A stretch of DNA of 64,000 nt from an uncultured virus (IMG/VR IMGVR_UViG_3300035665_000019) (taxonomy: Duplodnaviria > Heunggongvirae > Uroviricota > Caudoviricetes). The position numbers and the translations under genes were made by a program. The stretch lies in IMG/VR virus record IMGVR_UViG_3300035665_000019; one strand, 5' to 3'. Positions 45,301 through 54,300 of this stretch are shown here, piece by piece; the stretch's first letter is position 1, and each line of letters begins with the position of its first letter. Under the pieces are notes generated by a model. It did not search any database and was not told the origin of the DNA. It saw nothing but the letters and a program-made list of their open reading frames with translations.

Positions 45301-48300
45301 TGGGAATTTGATTTTTGCTGTATATTGATTAGGATCTCTTGTGTCTGTATATGATTTACTAAATACTTTAGGAATGACTTTAAAAGAAGAGGCCCCTGAA
45401 GATAATGCCATTTCTTTTTTAACTGCTTCCATAGTTTCTGCTGTGAATATGCTATTTTCTCCCCAAGACCAAGGCAATCCTTTAGTATACTGTTGATCAA
45501 ATTCTGCTCCGGTTAAAAGATTTCTTAATTTTTTGCTATATTGTAATGTAAATAATTTATCATTTGCTCCAGTTTGCCAATATTTTTTAAGGTCTTCATC
45601 TTTAATTCCAAAATTAGTTTTCATAGACTCTGTATTAGGCCATCTACCTTTAAAAGCTTCTGAATATACATCTAATTTTTCAAAATCTCCATCTATGCCA
45701 GCCATCTTTTTAAATTCATCGCTCAAATCTTCTTCTTTGAGTTGGATATGTGTTATTTGATTATTAATTAATTTTCTTAAGGCTTTATTTCTAGCGTTAG
45801 TTTGTTCTTCTATAGGAGTAGTGCTTCTTGACTTATCTTTATCTAGTTTATCTATATAAGCTCTCCATTCTTCTACTTGTATAACTGATTTATATTTATC
45901 GGTAAAAGACTTAAGCTGATCTTCTGTTGGTATTGTTTGAATACCCCCAGATATTACTGCTGTATTAGTTGAATTTGCCAATGGAGATGTAGAAGATGTC
46001 GCATAGCCATATTTAGTAACGCTAAAAGATGGCTCAGATAAATTTCCTCCTACTAAAGATTGGTCTATAGAAGTGTTTGGTTTATTAAAACTAAGACCCA
46101 TATATTTATCTGGTATTGAAGATCCTAATATGAGTCCATATTTTCTAAAACTTGCGCCATATTGACCAATATTTGCTGCAGAATTTATGGCGCCGCCGTC
46201 TTTTGATAAATTAATTTCTTTTTGTTTAACATCAGACAATCCTTTGTCAACCTGATCAAAAATCGATGTTAGTTTTTCTTTCTGTAATTTAGCTTGGTCT
46301 TCTGATAAAAGAGTTGTTCTTGCTCTAGGTCCTTTTCCGCTTGCTGATCTGTCATTTAAAACATCAAAAATATCTGGATTTCCTAAATCTAATAGATCCT
46401 TGGTAACCATCTGTTTTTGTAATGATTTACGATTGGCTGTAACGGTGGCTCCAGTTGCACCAGCAATAGCATTTGCACCCCAGAATATTGGTAAATAGCC
46501 TAAATTGCCTGCGGATCCGTGAAAAACAGTTAGATCAGGAAACCAACCTAGTTTACCTCCGGTTGGAGATCTATTATCTTTAATCCATTTTGTTGTTGAC
46601 TGTTTATCAAGACCGTCTGCTGTTGAACCAGAGTTATTAAAAGTAGGATAGGCTGATGCTTGGTATCCTTGTAAAGCTCCAAAGCCTTGTTCTAAATCCA
46701 ATAAATTTTTAGCAACATCATCACTAGATCCTAGCTTAGAGAAGAAAGATCCTGTTAATGGTTGTCCTCTCAAGTCCTCATAAGGATCGCTAAAATCTTT
46801 AAGATGCGGTGATTTTACGTCTCCAACAATACCACCAGCTGCTCGATATGTTACTTTTCCTCCTTTGGCAAATTGTCCACTATTAATAGACTCTAATAAT
46901 GAACCATGCTTTTGAGTTGCTGATCTGTTAACAACAAATTCTCCAGGAGTTAACATGGCAGGCACAGTATCGGTACCTTTGGGCTTAAATATTGAGCCTC
47001 CAACAGCCTTATATGTTATGTATCCACCTTTAGCTGCTGTGGTTACATCATCAGAAGAACCACCACCAATATTACCTTGAGGAAATACTTTAATTCCATC
47101 TCTAAGTCTACTGTCTATACTATTAATTTTATTTTTTACATCACTACTTTCTGCTAATTCGAATTTTTGAGTTACTGTTGCTAATGATGTTCTTAATAAT
47201 TCGTCTGATTTTGTTGCCATGTCTTGTGCTACTTTTCCATCTAACATAGCAAGATATACATTGGCTTCTTGTTGTAGCCTATTGGCTTCTTGATATTCTT
47301 TAATAGCAGCATCCATTTGAGGATCTCTTTCTGGATTTCTTAATCCTTGAAGAGCCTTTTCAAATAATGGAGACATTTGAACACCAGATTCTCTCATCAT
47401 ACTTTCTAATACATTAGCCTTTAATTCATTTTGTTGATCTCCTAGTAATGGAGCTATCATATTAAATGCATCTAAGGTCTCTTTACGATCTTGTGCAGCA
47501 GCCTCTTGGGCCTTATTCATTGCTTCTGCTTGGGTAGAACCGCTTGTTAGTGAGTCTCTATATGCTTTCTGAACATTTACAGAATCCCACATGCTATTTG
47601 TGGCGCCATCCATATTATTTTGTAGTCTTTCAAAAGCAGAAGAGAGTTGATTTTGTTCTTGTGGTGTTGATGTTACATATCTTTCTAAGATATTAGTTCT
47701 AGCAGCATTCTGTTGTTGTATATCATTTATTTTATTCAATGCTGCTGATGCAACATCGCTACTTTCAGCTAATTCTTTTAAAGCAGCGTGATTCTCTCTC
47801 ATTTGTAATGTAGTAGTCTTTAATTGATTAGTCATTACTACATATTCTTGAACTGCTCCTCTGTTAGCAGCAGAAGTTACTCTTGATTGTTGCTGCTGTC
47901 TTTGCTGTTCTAAATTTGCTAAATTTTCGAATATTTGTCTTGGGTCAGTTGTTCCTGCTAAAGACTGAACATTTGATCTAACATTAGACTTGGTAGCTTC
48001 AAAACTGGTTGATTTTCCAAGTGCTCTTGATAGATCTTCCTCAGACTTGATTCTTAAGTTATTAACTCTTCTTAATCTTTCTCCAATATTATATTGTAGT
48101 TCTGCAAGACTATTTATAGACTCTGAGTATTCATTAAGTGACTGCTGGAAAAACTCCAGTCTTTTAACAGCCATTTCTTGGGCTCTTTTAGTTGCATCAA
48201 CAACTTTTGCTAATCCTGGTACTTTATCTGCCAAGTCATCAAAATCAATCTTTTCATCACCATCTGTCCTCATTTTGGAAACTGCGGCAGAAGTTTGCGA

Positions 48301-51300
48301 TGCTAATTTTTGTTTTAATGAATCTCCAATATCTAATCCTTCTATTTCGTTCGCAACAGACCTATTAACAGCTGCTCCTATTTTTTCAGATGATCCTTTA
48401 GAGTTTTCAGCCAAAGCATTATTAATTGACGATAAAATTCTACCCTCTATATTTGATCCATACTCAAGTAATCCGGTAACGCTTTTGCCTTGAGATCCCA
48501 TTAATGAACCAGCTAAGCCATATGCTTGTGTTTTTTCTTGTCTACTGGCAACATTAGGATTACGGATTACATCTATAGCATCTAATGTAACTTTCCCAAT
48601 TTTTGCCTGACCCTGTAAAGCTGCGGCTGATAATTCTGCAGACGATCTTAATTTATCAATAGAGTAAGAGGTCGAGTCCATTGCCTGTTCCATATTCTGA
48701 AAGCTTCTTTCCAAGCTAACCATATATGATTTACTTTCATCTGCTGCTCTTTCTTGTTCTCTTTGTATTCTAACTTGTTCTGCTTGTTTTCTTAATTCTG
48801 CACTAGCTGTGGATGCAATAATTTCTTGTTTTTTTGCATCTCTTAGTTCTTTAGAAACAGATAGGTCTGCATCTATAAGTCTAAGTTGTTCTTCTGTAGC
48901 AGCATTGGATCTGGCTATTAATTCTGCTTGTTGTTGCCATTCTGGAGCTGATTGAATTTCAGATTCCGAAACGCCCGATTTAAATAATTGTTCAAAATAT
49001 TGATCTTGTCTTTGTCTAACTGGAGTTAGAGTTGCTGCAGTTTCTGCTGCCTGAACAGAAGCTAAGGATCTAGAAAGATTGGTTTGTGTATTAGAATCAA
49101 ATAATGATTGAGTATAGGCCCCTGTCCCAAATCTATTTGCTATTTCTGATCTTTGAGAAATCTGCTCTTGTCCGCCTCTACCAGAGAAATATGCTACGGC
49201 TTGATCTGACGCATAGCCCGCAGTAGCACCAATCGCAGTTCCTAATAGGGCCCCTATTACTGTACCAACACCAGGAAATATTACTGTTCCAATTGTTGCA
49301 CCAGCAGTTGCTCCTCCAACAGCACCACCAACAAGACCTCCTCCTACGGTCCCAATATTTTCTCCAATAATACTAGCATATCCTCTGTCTGGATTAGTTT
49401 TATTAAGATTTACTATTGTTAATGCTGCACTAGTTGCTTTGGCTAATTGTTCGCCAGCAACTTTGAGCGCAAAAGCATTATCTGTTGTATTTTTTGTATA
49501 TAATTCTAAAGCTTTATCAAATTCTTCCAAACCTTGAGTCATATTATTTTTGGCTATTTCTTCTGTTTGTTTTCTAATAGCATCATTATATGCCTTAAAT
49601 GCTTCTATTCCAGCATAAATAGTCGCAGCGGCTATAGCTAATCCTGCTGCTGCTCCTCCTGCGGCTTGAACTCCGGTTGTACCAAATCCACCACCAGCAG
49701 TAAAAGATCCAATACGTTGTCTAACTAGTTCTTGAACACCTTCTGGTAATACTTCATATGCTCCTTTTATTGCTCCAGCAGCACTATACACTGTTCCAGA
49801 TGCTGTGGTGATGCTATTTGCAAAACTCTGTACAACCGCACCAACTGCAGACTTTTCTCCTATAGTTTCTGCTAAGAAATTTGCTGCGACTCCAACAACA
49901 CCAGTAAGTACATTAAGTCTAGTAGTAAATCTATCCATAGATCTAAAACTATTATTAATTACTCTAGATCCATATCTATCTAAAATTTCTTCTCTAGTCC
50001 TTGGTCTTCTTTCTGGTCTTTCTGCGGGTGTTCTTTCTCTGGTATCTGACGAATCTCTTACAGTAGCAGAAAGTCTGTCTATTACTTCTGATAACTGTCT
50101 AATTCGTTCCATTAAGTCTCTTATTGTTGGATCAGAATCTCCACCTGAGCCTGGGCCAGACGGAGGGACAACATCGCCATCAGCGAACCTATGTACAATT
50201 CCTCCTCTATTATAACCCTGTATTTTATCCGCATGATTTAATTTTTTAAGTTTGCCATATCCAATTTTTTGAGCTGCTTTTTTATTAATTACAAATTCAC
50301 CAGGAGTTAATAATGCTGGTACAGTATCTTCTACTGATCCTCCTTGAGCAAAAAATGATAATTGTTGACTTTGTAAAAATGACTTATATTTATCATCATT
50401 TAAATTGACAATATCTGAGCTATTTAATAGCTCTGAATTTTTACTATATCCACTTTGTAATATCCAAGCAGGATCAGAATATGGTGGCCATGTATTTTTA
50501 TCTCCTAATAATTTAGGATCAATTAAGGCAGAGTTCTGTGTCCATTGATTTCTATCTAGTGGTGTTTTTCTTACATCTGATCTATTATTAAAATAATATG
50601 ACCAAACACCTTTTGCAGCATCGCTAACAATATTTCTATCAGGAGCTAACATACCACCATTGGCTGTGGCCGCTTCCATAACAATATCATAAAGCTTAGG
50701 ACCATATCCTTCACTAGCTTTAGACAAACCGACAGTATATAAGTTATCTGCCATTTTTTTTGCACTAACCATACCACTACGATCTTTTGTGCCCAAATAT
50801 GCTGCTATAATTTCGGACCCATTATTTTTTATTCCAATTTTTCCAAAGTTTTTCTCCTTTTTTTGACCTTCTACCGACCCACCGTCTGCAAAAGTTTCAA
50901 TATTACTCGGCTTGAGCGGTGATGATCCAACATACTTTAATGCTAATCCTAGTGGTTTTTCAAAAAGTTTGGATTCAAAAGAATTTACTAATTCGGGGTC
51001 TCCAGATTGAATTCTAGACATAAGCTGCCCAAGCAAAGCTCCTTCTCTAACATCTCCCCCACTTCCGGCATAAATAGATTTTCTTGATCCTCCAGGCAAG
51101 GTAAACTCTGTTCCGTCTTCGGACTTTAATGTTTGAGATCCTTCTTGAATACTTACTCCAACCGACATCATTCCAGCGTCTGGATTTTTATCAAACTTAC
51201 CTTTTAATCCGGTTTGATTTTCAGTAGGAGCATATTTATCTTTAAGAGTATCGTAATTATCATGCATCCATTGTACTACTAGTCCTTTTTGCAATTCATA

Positions 51301-54300
51301 ATCTAAATCATAATCTTTAGGGCTTAATTGTTCATTAAAAGTTAATACCATAGGCTTTCCTGACCTATCGCCTTGAGCAACAGTAAAGTTGCTTCCTCCA
51401 TTAACTCTCATATTAGCTTGTTGTTGTGCTTTATTCTTTTCTGTATATAAGTAGAATCCTTCTCCTTGACCATAGCCTTTAGCAATATTAGAAAGAGCTC
51501 CCTTTTCTTTAAAACTATTTAAAACACTATCATTTATTCCTGTATTAGATCCATGATAAAGTTTAACTTTTCCACCAGTAGCAAAAACTTGTAAAACTTC
51601 TTTATAATATCTTTCAATTTCTTCTCTTGTTCTCGCTAAACTATCTCCATTAATAGTTCTTTTAACTTCTGTTGGCATATCCGGATCTATACCAAAAAAC
51701 TTAGCCGCATCTCCTAGTCCATCTGGATAATCTATTGGTCTATTTGCAGGAGCATTTTCTCTTAATGGGGCTCCGAGTCTTGCTAGAACTAACTCTATCA
51801 TTGCCCCTTCTATGCCAGCCTGTCCTGCTTTTACAGCTGGCCCTTGAATATTTGCTAGTGATTGTGCTCCAAATCCTCCTGCTGTTTCCAAATTTCTAGC
51901 AAAATTTTCATTAACTCCAAATATCTCTCTTTGCATTTGATATACAGCTTCTGCATATTGAGATCTTAATCCTCTAGCTATTATTGTGGTGTTTCTTCCT
52001 CCTATATCTTCAGGGCCAAATTGTTTACTATAGTCCCACTTAGGGTCATAAATTGTTCTACCCTGATCATTAGTTCCAACTTTAGTTTCTCCAAATAATC
52101 CAACCAAGCCAAATTTCATTGCTTGATCCATAGCCTGCTGCTCTGCTCCAATAACTTCTGCATATTGAGCTAAGATTTTATCTTGTATTGTTTTTTGTGA
52201 TTGATTAACAACTTTTTTCTTTAAAATCTCTAATATTTCTGTTGATCGAACGCCACCTATTTTTGCTGCTGGTTCTAACCCTCCAAGAGCATCAATTATT
52301 TTTCTCGCTGGGGCAGGAAGTTTTTGAACCATCTCTCCTGCCATAAATTTTTGTATCAATCCTCCCTGAGCAAACTTTAATCCGTATTTATCTGGTTGAT
52401 CTGATGCTAATTTATCTAAAAGTCTGTATGGCTCAAAAGCTCCAGCGCTTTGTAATTTAGTTTTTTTCTTTCTTAACTCTTCTAATAAGGCAATTTTAGC
52501 AGCATACTCCGGATCGCTCTCCGCTTGTTTGCGATTAATTCTTTTGATTCCTATGTCGGTTATTTGTTTTTCTACAGCATCAACCGATGATTGTTGTGAA
52601 GCTTGTACTTGTTTAATAATTTCAGGTAAAACATTAGCTCTATTCTGTAATATTGGTAAATTTTTTGATATAATATCGTAAACACCAGGAGATAAAACGT
52701 CTTGCAATTGGTCGATCTTACCGGACATAATTAAGTCACGAACCATTGTACCGCTAATTCCGCCAGTTCTTTCTAAATTAGTAACATCATAACCAGCATC
52801 TTTGTATTTTGCCATTTGTTCTGGAGTTTTGTCTGCTACAAATGCTCTACTTCCTTTTTGTGGCAATATTACTTTGCGTCTTCCTGTGCCTTCGGATATA
52901 TCAAAACCTTGAGGAACTTCAAAATCTCTTGGTTTTGGCAGAACGGTGGCTCCCTTGGCTCCGAACCCGGCCTTGGCTAGCAATACTCTAAAATCTTGAT
53001 CAAATACTGCTGTTCTATAACTACTAGGATCTCCTGCCTTAATTCCTTCATTAGCTCCAACAAGAGCAATAAAGTCTTCTGGAGCAAAACCCATTGCTGC
53101 AGCAGCATCCATGATACTTTCATGACCAGCTGTTGTTGGTGCGAAACCTCCCCAAGTAAATGCTAATTTCTTTTTTATAACTTCTACAAGTTCTTGTCCT
53201 TGTTTTCTTCTTAGATTTCCAGAATCGCCTCTTCCTAACACAACTGATTTTTTACCTAATTGAGATAATAATGCTTCTCCAACAGTGGTATCTGATGATG
53301 CAGATCCTGTTGTTCCTGGTGCTCTTCCTTCTAATCCTATTCCGCTGATATCTCTACCTAATCTCTGAGCCATTACTTTTTCTTGCTCAGATTTTGTTGA
53401 AGAACTAAGTGCGTAAACTCTATCAACTTCAGTAAAAAAATCTTCCATTTTAGACTTAGAAACACTACTACTTAATATTAATATTTCATTTGCCTTTTTA
53501 ATATCATCGGGACCTAATATTGGAAAACGAGTTGTTTCTCTTAAAGATCCTTTATCTGTGCCTTGACCTCTTGCTAATGTTGTTTTGCCACTGCCAGCAA
53601 CACCGTAAATTGCTTTTAATTTATCTAAATCTCCAGCTTTTCGCGAAGATACTGCTAATTTTGTTAAAGCATCAGTATAAAGTCTAGGTCCAGTAACTCC
53701 AAGCTCTGACATTCCTTTTTCTACAATGCTTTTATTTGCTTCATTAGCGATAACGTCATAATCAATATAGCCAACATTTCTTCGTACTTTTCCTCCAAGA
53801 GCAAATTTTTTGACAATACCTCCGATATTTAATTCATTCCCATCTTCGTCCCACTTTCTTCCTGTTGTGTACTCGTCATCTATAGAAAATCCAGTTTTAG
53901 CTAAGTATCTACCAACACCACCTCCACCAGGAACGGTTTTATCGGCTGCTGCTGTTCCTACGAATTGATCAAGTTTACTTTGTAATTGCTTTGTTGCTTC
54001 TGCTGCTGCTGTTGCTGCTGTTTCATTTCTAGAAGTTACTCTATAATTTTTTGGAACTTTATATCTACCGGAAGACTCTTGTAAAGGGGGTTCTTTTGGA
54101 TTTAGAGACATTATCTTTTTTGCTCTGTCCGTAGAAACTAAACTCGATTTACCTCTTGTTTCATACGTATCAAATTCGGCAACTCTAAATCTTGCCGTAA
54201 ACTGATCTCCTGTTGGCGTAACAGTTGCGTCGAATGTATCTCCGTCAACAGCTCTAAAGTCACCATCTATACTTGCTAATTTAGCTGCCTTTCCACCCTT

